Assembly: GCA_963674755.2 (NCBI GenBank)
Contig: CAXXVS010000001.1
Span: 928,001-992,000 of the forward strand
DNA: 64,000 nucleotides
Direction: 5' to 3'
Source of the DNA: Desulfobacterales bacterium
GTDB lineage: Bacteria; Desulfobacterota; Desulfobacteria; Desulfobacterales; UBA5852
Part shown: in pieces, positions 26,712 through 37,119 of the stretch
Position numbering within the stretch: the stretch's first letter is position 1
How the letters are laid out: each line of letters starts with the position of its first letter
Translations under genes and position numbers: made by a program
Notes under the pieces: model-generated
What the model saw: only the letters and a program-made list of their open reading frames with translations
Told to the model about the DNA's origin: nothing
The model's database searches: none

Positions 26712-28337
26712 CTAAATCGTGTAAAGCACCACCAGACAGCGGGTGGGGTTGCCGGAGAGGCTTTTGAGCCGGTGGGGGATGTAGGAATTGAAATGAATGT
26801 GCTCCCCGGTCTTGAGAACATGGGCCTTTTGGTCCAGGGTCAATTCCAGTTCGCCGGCCATGACGAAGATGAATTCTTCTCCCTCATGTTTATAGGCCAC
26901 GGGTTTGTGCGTCCCGTGGGGCTCGATGGTGACCATGAAGGCCCGCAGATGATCGGCCTCGCCGCCTTCGGTGAGGGTCTCGTAGGAATAGTTCTGGGTG
27001 CGCCGCACGTAGGCTTCCAGCCGCCGGTCGCGGATGGCCACCTGGGCCTCCTGGCCCAGGAAGGTGCCCGGGTCGACATCGAGGGCCTTGGCCAGCCGCA
27101 GCAGAAAACCGACCGGCGGGGAGAGGGCGTCGTCTTCCACCTGCTGGATGAAGTCCGGGGTCTGACCGGTGGCTTCGGCCAGGGATTCGATGCTCCAGGC
27201 ATGCCCCTCCCGCAGCTTGCGGATGCGCTTGCCGAAGCTTTCACCGTCCGGCCCGCTGACCTCGGCTTCACACAGCACATCGGCCAACTGGCGCATGACG
27301 GCCTGCCGGGCGCGCTCGATGAGCACCGGCAGGAAGGTGTGGACGTCGGCCACGACGGCCGTGTCGGCGATCTGGAAAATAGCGGCCCCGGGGTCGCGGT
27401 TGAGGGCCACGATGGTTTCGGCCTCCCTGATGCCGGCCGTGTACTGGGTGGCGCCGGAGGTGCCGATGGACAGGAGCAGTTTGGGGGCCACCTGTTTGCC
27501 CGTCTGTCCGATCAGGCGGTTTTCGTCCACCCAGTGATGGAGCACCGGCGGCCGGGTGGCGCCCACCTCGCCCCCCAAAACGGCGGCCAGTTCGCGGACC
27601 TGGCGAAAGGCCCGGGCGCTGCCCAGGCCGGCGCCGCCCACGACGACGATGGGCGCGGTTTCCAGCTTTTGCTGGGATTCGGCGACCGGCCGGGAATCCC
27701 GCAGGCGGAGGGCGGGGATTTCCGGCAGTCGATCGACTGTCCGGCGCTGAATATCGTTTGCGGGTGCGGCGACCGGCTCTGACTGACAGCAGTGGGGCTG
27801 CACCGTGGCAAATCCGGTGCCCCAGCCCTCAGCAAAAGTGATCTGGGAGACAATGGCGCCGCCCCAGGCCGGGCATTCGCCGATGGTGCGGCCATCGGCA
27901 GCGATAACCAGATCCTGGCAGTCGGCGATCAACCCGGCCCGGCAGAGACATGCCGTGCGGGCGGCCAGTTCGCGCCCGAAATCCGTCAGGGCCGCCAGGA
28001 CCAGCCGGGGCGTATGGGTCTGAACGGCCTGGCCGAGGGCATGGGCAAACAGATCGGCGCGCGGCGTGGCGAAGCGGTCATTTTCCAGCACCAGCACCTG
28101 GTGGGCGCCGTGGGTCAGGCAGGCCGCTTCCGCCGATGCCGCCAGCTCGCAGGCATTCCCTTGGGCGGCTGTCCGCGGGAGGCCGCCCGCCGGTGCCAGC
28201 AGACAGGCCACGGCCTTTCCGCCGCTGGCGGCGGCCAGGGCACAGGCTTTGGTGAGAACATTCAGGGAAAAACCAAAAAGGCGGTTACTGCGGCAATCCA
28301 TCCATACCCAGATATCGTTGGTGGGACCGGCCGGCAT
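26712..28337 (-). CDS. etfA: electron transfer flavoprotein alpha subunit fused to XRE-HTH + cupin regulator
   Basis: ETF-alpha motifs 'ADC..L', 'CPAWGG', 'VVVGGAGLG', 'GATRP', 'IGQTGKQVAP', 'SGATQY', 'NRDP.A.IF'; then in-frame HTH 'GKRIRKLRE...LAEATG' and cupin 'HEGEEF...H.NS..PH'. ATG overlaps the etfB TGA. Confidence 0.9.
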   Translation of the reverse strand: MPAGPTNDIWVWMDCRSNRLFGFSLNVLTKACALAAASGGKAVACLLAPAGGLPRTAAQGNACELAASAEAACLTHGAHQVLVLENDRFATPRADLFAHALGQAVQTHTPRLVLAALTDFGRELAARTACLCRAGLIADCQDLVIAADGRTIGECPAWGGAIVSQITFAEGWGTGFATVQPHCCQSEPVAAPANDIQRRTVDRLPEIPALRLRDSRPVAESQQKLETAPIVVVGGAGLGSARAFRQVRELAAVLGGEVGATRPPVLHHWVDENRLIGQTGKQVAPKLLLSIGTSGATQYTAGIREAETIVALNRDPGAAIFQIADTAVVADVHTFLPVLIERARQAVMRQLADVLCEAEVSGPDGESFGKRIRKLREGHAWSIESLAEATGQTPDFIQQVEDDALSPPVGFLLRLAKALDVDPGTFLGQEAQVAIRDRRLEAYVRRTQNYSYETLTEGGEADHLRAFMVTIEPHGTHKPVAYKHEGEEFIFVMAGELELTLDQKAHVLKTGEHIHFNSYIPHRLKSLSGNPTRCLVVLYTI

Positions 28338-29128
28338 CAGTTGAGCAGTCCCTTCTGGGTCCATTGCCGGATCAGCTGATCGGCCAGATCGACGGCCTCG
28401 CCTTCCAGGAATTGACACTGTCGCTCATGCTCGCAGGGCCGCATGGCAAGCACCCGGGTGGGGGAGCCCGGTTCCCCGGTTTCCTTGGCGTCCAGATCGA
28501 GATCGGCCAGGGTCAGCATCTCCACCTTGGGCGTGTCGAACGCTTCGGCCAGGCCGGCCAGCGCGATGTCGCGCGGGGAGTGAATTTCAGGCCGGATGGT
28601 CAGGGCCGCCGGGAAATCGACCTCGAAAGACTCCACCAGATGGTCCATGGTGCGTTCGATTTGCAGATGGCGTTCCGCCGGCGAGAGGGCGTGGACGCCC
28701 GTCACAAGAGGCAGATCCAGAGCTACGGCCGTCTGGGAGCCCACCTGTCCGGTATCGCTGTCCGATGTACGGGTGCCGAAGAGGACCAGATGGCAGGGAG
28801 CCAGCTTCCGGATGGCCGCTGCCAGGGTGGTGGCGGTGGCCAGGGTATCGGCCCCGGCCAGGGCCGGATCGCAGGCCAGTACGGCCCGGTCGGCCCCCAT
28901 GGCAAGGGCTTCGGCCATCACGGCGCAGTTTGCGGGAGGGCCCATGGACAGGACGGTCACACGACCGCCGTAGTGGGAGCGCAATTGCAGGGCCGTCTCC
29001 AGGGCGGGCCGGTCAAAGGGATTGAAGCGGTTGTTTTCCGTCGACCGGATGATTTTGCCCCGGGGCGCCCGGGCCACGACGGCTTTGATGCAGACAATCG
29101 TGTGAAATGTCGTCACCGATTTTTCCAT
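28337..29128 (-). CDS. etfB: electron transfer flavoprotein beta subunit
   Basis: 'IVCIKAV', 'NPFD..ALE.AL.L', 'SMGPP', 'AMGAD', 'GADTLAT', 'DSDTGQVG', 'GSPTRV'. Confidence 0.93.
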   Translation of the reverse strand: MEKSVTTFHTIVCIKAVVARAPRGKIIRSTENNRFNPFDRPALETALQLRSHYGGRVTVLSMGPPANCAVMAEALAMGADRAVLACDPALAGADTLATATTLAAAIRKLAPCHLVLFGTRTSDSDTGQVGSQTAVALDLPLVTGVHALSPAERHLQIERTMDHLVESFEVDFPAALTIRPEIHSPRDIALAGLAEAFDTPKVEMLTLADLDLDAKETGEPGSPTRVLAMRPCEHERQCQFLEGEAVDLADQLIRQWTQKGLLN

Positions 29129-29188
29129 CTCGTTGCCTGTAAGGTCATTTAACATCACGCGGCAGCCTGGTCCCAGGCTGTTCCGGGA

Positions 29189-30334
29189 TCACCCGTTCTG
29201 GAACACGGCCCGGGCGATCACCATTTTATGAATCTCGGAGGTGCCTTCGTAAATACGGGTCACCCGGGCATCGCGGTAGTAGCGCTCCACCGCATAGGCC
29301 TTGGAATAGCCGTAGCCGCCGTGAATCTGCACGGCGGCATCCGATACTTTGCAGGCGGCCTCCGAGGCGAAAAGCTTGGCCATGGCCGATTCCTGGGAAA
29401 AGGGTTCGGCCTTATCGCGCAACGCGGCGGCGCGATAGACCAGAAGCCGGGCCGCCTGGACCTGGGTGGCCATGTCGGCGATCATCATCTGGACGGCCTG
29501 GTGGTTTTCCAGGGGCGCACCGAACGTCCGGCGCTGCCGGGCGTATTGTACGGCCTCTTCCAGGGCGGCCTGGGCAATCCCCACGGCCTGGGCCGCAATG
29601 CCCATGCGCCCGGTGTCCAGCGCCGCCAGGCCGATCTGCAGCCCCTGGCCGCATCGGCCGAGCAGGTGGTCCCGGGGCACCCGGCAGTCATAGAGCCGGA
29701 TCGAGCTGACCGGATTGGCGCGCATGCCGCACAGGTCTTCCAGGTCGCCCACCACGAAGCCCGGCAGGCCGCGCTCCGCCACCACCACGCTGATCCCCCG
29801 TCGGCCGGCGGCCGGGTCGGTGCGGGCGAAGATCAGGCAGATATCGGCCACCCCGCCGTTGGTGACGAACACCTTGTTGGCATTGAGGATATAATGATCG
29901 CCGTCGGCCAGGGCGGTGGCGCTGACGGCGCCGGCATCGGAGCCGGCATCGGGCTCGGTCAGGCAGAAGGCGCCGATTTTTTTCCCCTGGGCCATGGGGC
30001 GGACCCAACGCTCCTTCTGGCCATCGGTGCCGAAGGCCATCAGGGGATAAACGGCCACACTGTTATGCACCGTGACGCACAACCCCAGGGCCGCGCATAC
30101 CCGTGAGATCTCTTCGATGATAATGGCGTAGCTGACCGTATCGAGGCCGGCCCCGCCCAGGGACCGCGGAACCTGGATGCCGAAATACCCCAGGGCGGCC
30201 ATCTTTTCGACGATTTCCCAGGGGAAGCGGGCCTCCTGGTCGATGGCGGCCGCGATGGGCCGCAGCTCGCGTTCGCAAAAGGTGCGCACGTTGCGTCTTA
30301 CGGCGATATGTTTGTCCGCCAGGAGCTTATCCAT
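29189..30334 (-). CDS. acyl-CoA dehydrogenase (short-chain/butyryl-CoA type)
   Basis: 'GAFCLTEPDAGSD', 'K.FVTNG', 'LDTGR.GIAAQAVG', 'AVQIHGGYGY', 'ERYYRDARVTRIYEGT'. Confidence 0.95.
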   Translation of the reverse strand: MDKLLADKHIAVRRNVRTFCERELRPIAAAIDQEARFPWEIVEKMAALGYFGIQVPRSLGGAGLDTVSYAIIIEEISRVCAALGLCVTVHNSVAVYPLMAFGTDGQKERWVRPMAQGKKIGAFCLTEPDAGSDAGAVSATALADGDHYILNANKVFVTNGGVADICLIFARTDPAAGRRGISVVVAERGLPGFVVGDLEDLCGMRANPVSSIRLYDCRVPRDHLLGRCGQGLQIGLAALDTGRMGIAAQAVGIAQAALEEAVQYARQRRTFGAPLENHQAVQMMIADMATQVQAARLLVYRAAALRDKAEPFSQESAMAKLFASEAACKVSDAAVQIHGGYGYSKAYAVERYYRDARVTRIYEGTSEIHKMVIARAVFQNG

Positions 30335-30434
30335 AATACAACCGGTTCCAGGACGCTTACGAGGCGGGCGGTATCAAACCCACCGGCTCGGTATCGAAAG
30401 CGTGCAGATATCAGGATTTGGGGAAGGCGTCAAT

Positions 30435-31106
30435 TTATCCGTCTTTTTTCCGGCCGGTGATCATGGCCCAAATTAAATTTTCTTTATGGGCATAGCTGGA
30501 GACAAGAACGCCGCCGATGTGCACCACCGCCAGAAAAATGAGGATTCCCACCAGGGATTCGTGGATTTCCTTCCAAAAATGGGCGTTCCTTTCGGAAGCG
30601 ACGGGGCCATGCATTTCGTCGGGCAGTTGGCCGGGAGCCTCGTGGGCATAACGGCCGGAATGATCATTACGCTCGTCATGGTCGTCGTCATCGGCCAGGG
30701 CAGGCGATACCAGGTTCCCGGTCCCCAGGACCAGCGGCCCCCGGCCTTCCGCCCGATGGGTCAGCAGACCCGACAAGGTGGTCAGTGACAAGACAACGAG
30801 CAGGGCGATCACCATGGCGCCGCCGGCCGGGTTGTGTCCGGTATAGCGCGGGGCTGTCCTCCGGAAGAGGCCCTTCAAATAGGTCAGGACATCCGCCGGC
30901 GGGTAAAGGAAGTCGGTAAAGCGGGCATGCCGGGTGCCGATGAATCCCCACATGATGCGCAACACCAAGAGCACGATAATGAAATAGCCGATCCGGATAT
31001 GGATGGGTTGGAAATCCTCCGCCGTGATCAGCTGGGAGAGGATTGCCAGCACCAATGACCAGTGGAAAACGCGCACGAAAAGATCCCATACTTTAATGGT
31101 CTTCAT
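30435..31106 (-). CDS. cytochrome b/b6 domain membrane protein (Ni-hydrogenase cyt b-like)
   Basis: 'VWDLFVRVFHW', 'R..WGFIG..HARF..F', 'GHNPAG', 'EIHE', 'VHI.GV', 'ENL..AMITG.K'. Confidence 0.88.
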   Translation of the reverse strand: MKTIKVWDLFVRVFHWSLVLAILSQLITAEDFQPIHIRIGYFIIVLLVLRIMWGFIGTRHARFTDFLYPPADVLTYLKGLFRRTAPRYTGHNPAGGAMVIALLVVLSLTTLSGLLTHRAEGRGPLVLGTGNLVSPALADDDDHDERNDHSGRYAHEAPGQLPDEMHGPVASERNAHFWKEIHESLVGILIFLAVVHIGGVLVSSYAHKENLIWAMITGRKKDG

Positions 31107-31125
31107 CGGACCTCCGATCGAATGA

Positions 31126-31150
31126 AAAGATGCCGTTTATGGATGGATAC
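31126..31150 (+). repeat. isolated right-end remnant of the MITE-like repeat
   Basis: AAAGATGCCGTTTATGGATGGATAC versus AAAGATGCCATTTATGGATCGATAC (copy B) and AAAGATGCCATCGATGGATGGACAC (copy C). Confidence 0.6.
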
Positions 31151-31381
31151 GACCCCCCGTTCCAAGGTGGCTCCCCCCTGAATGCTTCCCTCTCCGTAGG
31201 ACATAGCCCGACAGGAATTACCAGGCGAGTCCTACAGCAAAATAGGAGCTGGGCTTATACCCATCTCTGATCCCTCATCTTATTTTTCAGGTCAAGGATT
31301 TCGGAGAAAACCATCACAGATCGCAAATGGCCGTCGGATGGTTTTTGCGAACTCAACAACCGAAGATCAAGGAGAAGAACA

Positions 31382-32863
31382 ATGAAACATCGTCGTTACA
31401 CCGTACGGAGCTTTCTTTTGGTAGCCCTGGCCGTGGTATTTATCCTGGGGCTGACGCAATGTGATTCCCAGTCGGGAATCAAAACGGCAAAAACCGCGAC
31501 GGCCAACGCCACGCCGGCGCCGACGGCCATGTCGCCGTCGGCCATGAACTGGCAGACGGCCATCGCCAAGGTGGCTAAGGAGACGATTCCCGCCGTGGTT
31601 CACATCAATATTTCCGAAAGCCGGGAAGTCGCCAATCCGCTGCTGCCTTTCAACAATGATCCCTTCTTCCATTTTTTCTTCAACGGACGCAAGATGCCAC
31701 GCAAATTCAAGGAGGAACTGCGGGGGCTCGGTACCGGCATGATCATCGACGAGCAGGGCCATATCCTGACCAACAACCATGTGGTGGCCGGCGCCTCCAA
31801 GATCAATGTCCTTCTGGCCGACGGCAAGTCCTATCCGGGCAAAGTCGTGGGAACGGATCCCAAGACCGATCTGGCCGTCATTCAGATTTCCGCCGACGAG
31901 AAGCTGCCCACGGTGACTTTCGGGGATTCGGACAAAATCGCGCAGGGTGACTGGGTCGTCGCCATCGGTCATCCCCGGGGTCTGGATGAGACCGTGACCC
32001 AGGGCATCATCAGCGCCAAACATCGCAGCGGCGTTCTCAACCCCACTTCCTACCAGGACTATCTGCAAACCGATGCGGCCATCAACCCGGGCAACAGCGG
32101 TGGACCGCTGCTCAACTTAGAAGGCCAGGTCATCGGTGTCAATGCCGCCATTGCGACGGAATCAGGCGGTTTCGAGGGAATCGGCTTCGCCATTCCGAGC
32201 AATATGGCCGTGCATGTCGCCAAGGCGCTCATCGCGAACGGCAAAGTCTCCCGGGGCTGGCTGGGCGTCGCCATCGGCAACCCCACACCCGAGCAGATGA
32301 ACGCCCTGAATCTCCAGAATAACAAGGGGGCCCTTATCACGGACGTGGTCCCGGGCGGTCCGGCCCAGAAAGCAGGCCTGGAGAAAAACGATCTGGTGGT
32401 CAAGTACCAGGGGCAATCCATCGCGGATTCGGCTTCCCTGCAAAGCCGCGTGGCCGACACCGCCATTGGCACGGAAGCCAGCATGGAGGTGATGCGAAAT
32501 GGCAAACCGGTGGATGTCACGGTCAAGATCGGCGACTTGAGTGATGCGATCCGCAAAATGGTCACATCCGTAGAGGATCGCCTGGGCGTGGTGGTCCGTC
32601 CGCTGACCGCTCAGGAAACCCAGAAGTATGGCCTCCAACCCGGTCAGGGGGTGGCCTTGTCTTCCCTGAAAAAAGACAGTACCTTGGCCAAGGCCGGATT
32701 TGAGAAGGATGACATCATTGTGGGCATCAACAACGTGCCCGTGGACGGGGTCGAAGGCTTTGTGGATATTGTCAACGCCCTGCCGCCCCATCAGAAAACC
32801 CTGCTGAAGGCTGTGGATCACCGCACCGGACAAGGTGGACTTGTCCAGGTGCAAATCGGATAG
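31382..32863 (+). CDS. htrA: DegP/HtrA (Do family) serine endopeptidase with two PDZ domains
   Basis: 'LTNNHVV', 'DPKTDLAV', 'TDAAINPGNSGGPL', 'RGWLGV'. Confidence 0.95.
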   Translation: MKHRRYTVRSFLLVALAVVFILGLTQCDSQSGIKTAKTATANATPAPTAMSPSAMNWQTAIAKVAKETIPAVVHINISESREVANPLLPFNNDPFFHFFFNGRKMPRKFKEELRGLGTGMIIDEQGHILTNNHVVAGASKINVLLADGKSYPGKVVGTDPKTDLAVIQISADEKLPTVTFGDSDKIAQGDWVVAIGHPRGLDETVTQGIISAKHRSGVLNPTSYQDYLQTDAAINPGNSGGPLLNLEGQVIGVNAAIATESGGFEGIGFAIPSNMAVHVAKALIANGKVSRGWLGVAIGNPTPEQMNALNLQNNKGALITDVVPGGPAQKAGLEKNDLVVKYQGQSIADSASLQSRVADTAIGTEASMEVMRNGKPVDVTVKIGDLSDAIRKMVTSVEDRLGVVVRPLTAQETQKYGLQPGQGVALSSLKKDSTLAKAGFEKDDIIVGINNVPVDGVEGFVDIVNALPPHQKTLLKAVDHRTGQGGLVQVQIG

Positions 32864-32935
32864 CAATGCGCCGGCCCCCTCCCCAGGGGGCCATCGCATT
32901 AAATTGGATAACGGAAGATTCCGATGGAGGTTGGC

Positions 32936-34933
32936 ATGCAACAACGACATAAATTTTCCCTCAGCTATTACCTGTTCGTCTTCCTGACGATCATCATGCT
33001 GGAATCGCTCTTTTTCAGCGGTACGGCCGTCAAGGAGATTTCCTACAGCCACTTCCGCAATTTGCTTGCCGACAACCAGTTGCAAAGCGTCATCCTGGAA
33101 TCGGACCGTATCTACGGGCTCGAGAAAACACCCAAGGCGACGGAAGCTTCAACGGCCGCCAAAGGGGCTGTAAAAGAAGCTCCGAAGGGGACCGCGAAGC
33201 CCGCCGCGGATTTCCAGCCGGCACGCAAGAAGGCGCCCTGGCATTTAAATCTCAATCTGTTCGGCCAAAAGACCGCGTCTTCGGCCAAGCGGCAATTTGT
33301 CGTCATCCGCGTGAATGATCCCCAATTGATTAATGCCTTGCAGGCCCATGGGGTGAATTACCGCGGCAAGATCGAATCCCACTGGCTTTCCAATTTCCTG
33401 TCCGACTGGATCCTGCCGCTGATCTTCTTCGTCATCCTGTGGCGCTTCCTGATGGCCCGCATGGGCGGCAAGGGCGCCGGTTTTCTGGACGTGGGCAAAA
33501 ACAAGGCGCGCATCTATGCCGTGGAGGACTCGCAAAAGGTCTCCTTTGAAGATGTGGCCGGTGTGGACGAGGCGGTGGAGGAGATCAAAGAGGTGGTGTC
33601 TTTCCTGAAGGAGCCCGACCGCTATACCCGGCTGGGTGCCAAGCTGCCGAAAGGCATCCTGCTGGTGGGGCCCCCCGGAACCGGCAAGACGCTGTTGGCC
33701 CGGGCGGTGGCCGGCGAGGCCGGGGTTCCCTTTTTCAACCTGAGCGGTTCCGATTTCGTGGAGATGTTTGTAGGCGTCGGGGCTGCCCGGGTACGGGATC
33801 TCTTCAAAGATGCCAAAGGCAAGGCCCCCTGCATTATTTTCATCGATGAGCTGGACGCGGTGGGTAAGAACCGCTCCCAGGGGATCGCCCTGGGGGGGAA
33901 TGACGAGCGGGAAAACACGCTCAATCAGCTGCTTACGGAAATGGACGGTTTCGATCCCCAGGCCGGCATTATTATCATGGGGGCGACCAATCGGCCCGAA
34001 GTGCTCGATCCGGCCTTGCTCCGTCCGGGCCGGTTCGATCGCCAGATCCTGGTGGATCGCCCGGACCTGAAGGGCCGCGTGGATATTTTTGCCGTCCACA
34101 CCCGGGATCTCACCCTCGACGACCAGGTGGATTTCCAAAGCCTGGCTGCCGAGACGCCCGGTTTCGCCGGGGCCGAAATCGCCAATGTCTGCAATGAGGC
34201 GGCACTTCTGGCCTCGCGCAAGGAGGGCGCCGTCATCACCCAGGCCGATTTCCAGGATGCCATCGAGCGTGTCGTGGCCGGTCTGGAAAAGAAGAATAAA
34301 CTGATCAATCCCCACGAGCGTCAGGTGGTGGCCTACCACGAATCCGGCCATGCCATTGTGGGGCACCTCACGCCGGGGGCCGATCCGGTCCAGAAAGTCT
34401 CCATCATTCCCCGGGGTATCGGTGCCCTGGGCTACACCCTGCAAACGCCCCTGGAAGATCGGTTTCTCATGTCGCGCAGCGAATTGATGGGCAAGATCAA
34501 AGGGCTGCTGGGCGGCCGGGCCGCCGAAGATCTGGTTTTCGGCGAAGTTTCCACCGGGGCCTCCAACGATTTGGAAAAAGTGGCCGACATTGTGCGCAAC
34601 ATGCTGACCGTCTACGGAATGAGCACCCAGGTGCCCAACCGGTCGCTGGTCGAAAAGGGGCGCAATCCCTTTCTGGACCAGGGGCCGGCCACCCAGCGCC
34701 GCTCCGAGAAACTGGAAGCCATGCTCGACCGCGAGACCCAGGAGATCATCGATGGTGCTTATAAGGAGGCGCGCCAGGTGCTGACCGATCATCGCGCCGA
34801 ACTGGAAGCCATGGCCCGCCTGTTGCTGGAAAAGGAGAAGATCGACGCGGAGGACATCCAGAAGGTCCTGGGGCCGGCGGCCGCTTCCGGCAAAGCGTCC
34901 GAAAACGAATCCGCCGACCGCAATGTCGCCTGA
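32936..34933 (+). CDS. ftsH: ATP-dependent zinc metalloprotease FtsH (likely paralog)
   Basis: Two TMs; Walker A GPPGTGKT; Walker B IIFIDE; SRH '[10 protein letters not shown]'; HEXXH 'HESGH'. Confidence 0.96.
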   Translation: MQQRHKFSLSYYLFVFLTIIMLESLFFSGTAVKEISYSHFRNLLADNQLQSVILESDRIYGLEKTPKATEASTAAKGAVKEAPKGTAKPAADFQPARKKAPWHLNLNLFGQKTASSAKRQFVVIRVNDPQLINALQAHGVNYRGKIESHWLSNFLSDWILPLIFFVILWRFLMARMGGKGAGFLDVGKNKARIYAVEDSQKVSFEDVAGVDEAVEEIKEVVSFLKEPDRYTRLGAKLPKGILLVGPPGTGKTLLARAVAGEAGVPFFNLSGSDFVEMFVGVGAARVRDLFKDAKGKAPCIIFIDELDAVGKNRSQGIALGGNDERENTLNQLLTEMDGFDPQAGIIIMGATNRPEVLDPALLRPGRFDRQILVDRPDLKGRVDIFAVHTRDLTLDDQVDFQSLAAETPGFAGAEIANVCNEAALLASRKEGAVITQADFQDAIERVVAGLEKKNKLINPHERQVVAYHESGHAIVGHLTPGADPVQKVSIIPRGIGALGYTLQTPLEDRFLMSRSELMGKIKGLLGGRAAEDLVFGEVSTGASNDLEKVADIVRNMLTVYGMSTQVPNRSLVEKGRNPFLDQGPATQRRSEKLEAMLDRETQEIIDGAYKEARQVLTDHRAELEAMARLLLEKEKIDAEDIQKVLGPAAASGKASENESADRNVA

Positions 34934-35050
34934 AAAAAGGCTTGGCCAATGTCCTCACCCCTTGCTCCAATGACAAGATCGACACCGCACTCCAACGGTC
35001 ACCGCTTTGGGGCGGGCGGGGCTCAGTCTCTCCAACGGATCGGATAGGAC

Positions 35051-36334
35051 ATGATTTCCAAAAAAATCGGATACTGGTCGGTGGTTTCCATCGGCATTGG
35101 CGGAATGGTGGGCGGCGGGATCTTTGCCGTGCTCGGGTTGTCGGTGGAGATGACCCATGGGGCGGCACCGGTCGCTTTTCTGCTGGCCGGTCTGGTGGCG
35201 CTCGTCACGGCTTATGCCTATGCCTGCCTGTCCGTGACCTTTCCCAGCCAGGGCGGCACGGTCACGTTTCTGGACAAGGCCTTCGGATCGGGGCTGCTGA
35301 CCGGTGCGATCAATATCCTGCTATGGATCAGCTACATCGTGATGCTCTCCCTCTATGCCTTTGCTTTCGGCAGCTACGCCGCCGCCCTGTTCCCCGAGGG
35401 ATCCCGCCTCATCTGGAAGCATGTCATGATCAGCGGAAGCATCATCGGTGTGACGGGCCTCAACTTTCTGGATGTCGAAGTCATCGGCATGGCCGAACAA
35501 TGGATCGTGGCCATCAAGGTGGCCATCCTGCTCTTCTTTGTGGCCGTGGGCGCCTGGAGCGTCGATGCCACCCGGCTGGCGGTGGACGGCTGGCCGGCCG
35601 CCTCTCCGATTCTGGCCGGCGCCATGATCATTTTCCTGGCCTACGAAGGTTTCGAACTGATCGCCAATACGGCCGGGGATGTACGCCAGCCCCGGCAGAC
35701 GTTGCCACGGGCCTATTATTCGGCCGTCGGCTTCGTCATCCTGCTGTACATCCTGGTGGCCGTCGTAACGGTGGGCAATCTGCCGGTAGGGCAGATCGTG
35801 GCGGCCAAGGATTATGCCCTGGCCGAGGCCGCACGTCCCTTTCTGGGCGCTTTCGGCTATCTGCTGATCACGGTGGCGGCGCTGCTCTCCACCCTGTCGG
35901 CCATCAATGCCACGCTATACGGTGCCGCCCGTTTGAGTTACACCATCGCCAAGGACGGGGAACTGCCAGCCCTTCTGGAGCGCAAGCTATGGAAGCGGCC
36001 CATCGAAGGGCTTCTGATCACCACCGGGGTGACGCTGCTGGTGGCCAACCTGTTTGATTTATCGAGCATTTCAACCATGGGCAGCGCCGGTTTTCTATTG
36101 ATTTTCGCGGCCGTGAACGTGGCCAATGTCGTCCTGGCGTCCCAGACCGGAAGCCGCCGCTGGCTCTCCGTGCTGGGCGCGCTGCTTTGCCTGGGGGCCC
36201 TGGCCAGCCTGATCCATTATACGGCCGGCCATGATCCGGCCCATATCGGTGTTCTGGCCGCCATGCTGGTGCTGGCCTTTGCCGTCGAGGGCCTCTATCG
36301 CCTCTGGCGCCGGGGCCATTCCGCCGTCTCCTGA
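35051..36334 (+). CDS. APC family amino-acid permease
   Basis: 'GIGGMVGGGIF', 'FPSQGG', 'FLAYEGFE', 'AKDGELP'; about 12 TMs. Confidence 0.92.
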   Translation: MISKKIGYWSVVSIGIGGMVGGGIFAVLGLSVEMTHGAAPVAFLLAGLVALVTAYAYACLSVTFPSQGGTVTFLDKAFGSGLLTGAINILLWISYIVMLSLYAFAFGSYAAALFPEGSRLIWKHVMISGSIIGVTGLNFLDVEVIGMAEQWIVAIKVAILLFFVAVGAWSVDATRLAVDGWPAASPILAGAMIIFLAYEGFELIANTAGDVRQPRQTLPRAYYSAVGFVILLYILVAVVTVGNLPVGQIVAAKDYALAEAARPFLGAFGYLLITVAALLSTLSAINATLYGAARLSYTIAKDGELPALLERKLWKRPIEGLLITTGVTLLVANLFDLSSISTMGSAGFLLIFAAVNVANVVLASQTGSRRWLSVLGALLCLGALASLIHYTAGHDPAHIGVLAAMLVLAFAVEGLYRLWRRGHSAVS

Positions 36335-36522
36335 TCAAACGCCCTCCTTTTTTTGACACCCTGCCGTTGCGCGGCGCTGTCATCTGGCACGCCCCCCGGT
36401 CCTAACGGGGTGCGATCATGATTCAGCTTCTTTTTGGCAATGGTTTCGGGTGGTGCGGCGGCGACCCTCCCGGGATGTCCCGACGGCCCCTTGGGACGTC
36501 GAGGGCGGGACCCGCGGTCTGT

Positions 36523-36909
36523 CTAATCCAGGAATTCGGACAGTTTGCTGTGGCAAACCTTCAAGCGATGGATCATGCGATCGTAGCGGAGGATATTCTT
36601 CAGGGACCGGACCACCAGGTAACTGCCCAGGGCGATCAGCGCCAGGAGGATAATGGCCAGGGGGATGATGAGCGGCAGTACGTGCAATACGTTGTAGTAG
36701 CGCGAAGTGGCGATCAGCAGGCCCATTACCGAGAGCGGTAGCACAAAGACCGCAATGCCGGTGCGCATGGCCGCCAGGGAGGTGCGTTTTTCAGCCAGGA
36801 TCAACTGCGCTTCATTGATGATGAGGGCATCATTACCCTGGGAAGACCCCGTACAGACAGAAGCCTCCTCTTCCAAGTCGCTTTTCATGAAGCGCGGCAA
36901 TCCGACCAT
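36523..36909 (-). CDS. small two-TM membrane protein (DUF202/YidH-like)
   Basis: 'LILAEKRTSLAAMRTGI' followed by two TMs; RBS GGGGGA. The upstream ORF extension lies within repeat copy B. Confidence 0.7.
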   Translation of the reverse strand: MVGLPRFMKSDLEEEASVCTGSSQGNDALIINEAQLILAEKRTSLAAMRTGIAVFVLPLSVMGLLIATSRYYNVLHVLPLIIPLAIILLALIALGSYLVVRSLKNILRYDRMIHRLKVCHSKLSEFLD

Positions 36910-36925
36910 GGTCCCCCCTTCGTCA

Positions 36926-37119
36926 GTGTCCGTCCAGGAATGGTAGATTTTGGTTTCTGGCAAGGCCCGAGCGCGTTTTCCCGCTTTGCGGGACTTCCCG
37001 TCCGATCTATTCCGGCCGGTGAGTGTCAGCCGAAGGAGGAATAGTATGCTATTTCGAGGATTGAAAACAAGCGCGAACGCCACCCGGGGCCGAAAGATGC
37101 CATTTATGGATCGATACTA
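36926..37119 (+). repeat. MITE-like palindromic repeat, copy B (long variant)
   Basis: Imperfect TIRs GTGTCCGTCCAGGAATGG / CCATTTATGGATCGATAC; core shared with 48575-48716; right end overlaps the usp TAG stop. Confidence 0.85.

Noticed and set aside
33245..34792. Long antisense or alternative-frame ORFs (e.g. 33245-34792, 51113-52714, 60647-62089, 62177-63550, 19038-20450)
   Set aside because: Shadow ORFs of well-supported genes, expected from GC-rich codon bias; no recognisable motifs.
36910..37083. N-terminal extension of ORF 36523-37083, and ORFs 25752-26135 and 48209-48772
   Set aside because: These frames run through copies of the palindromic repeat and share the same pseudo-peptide; not credible proteins.
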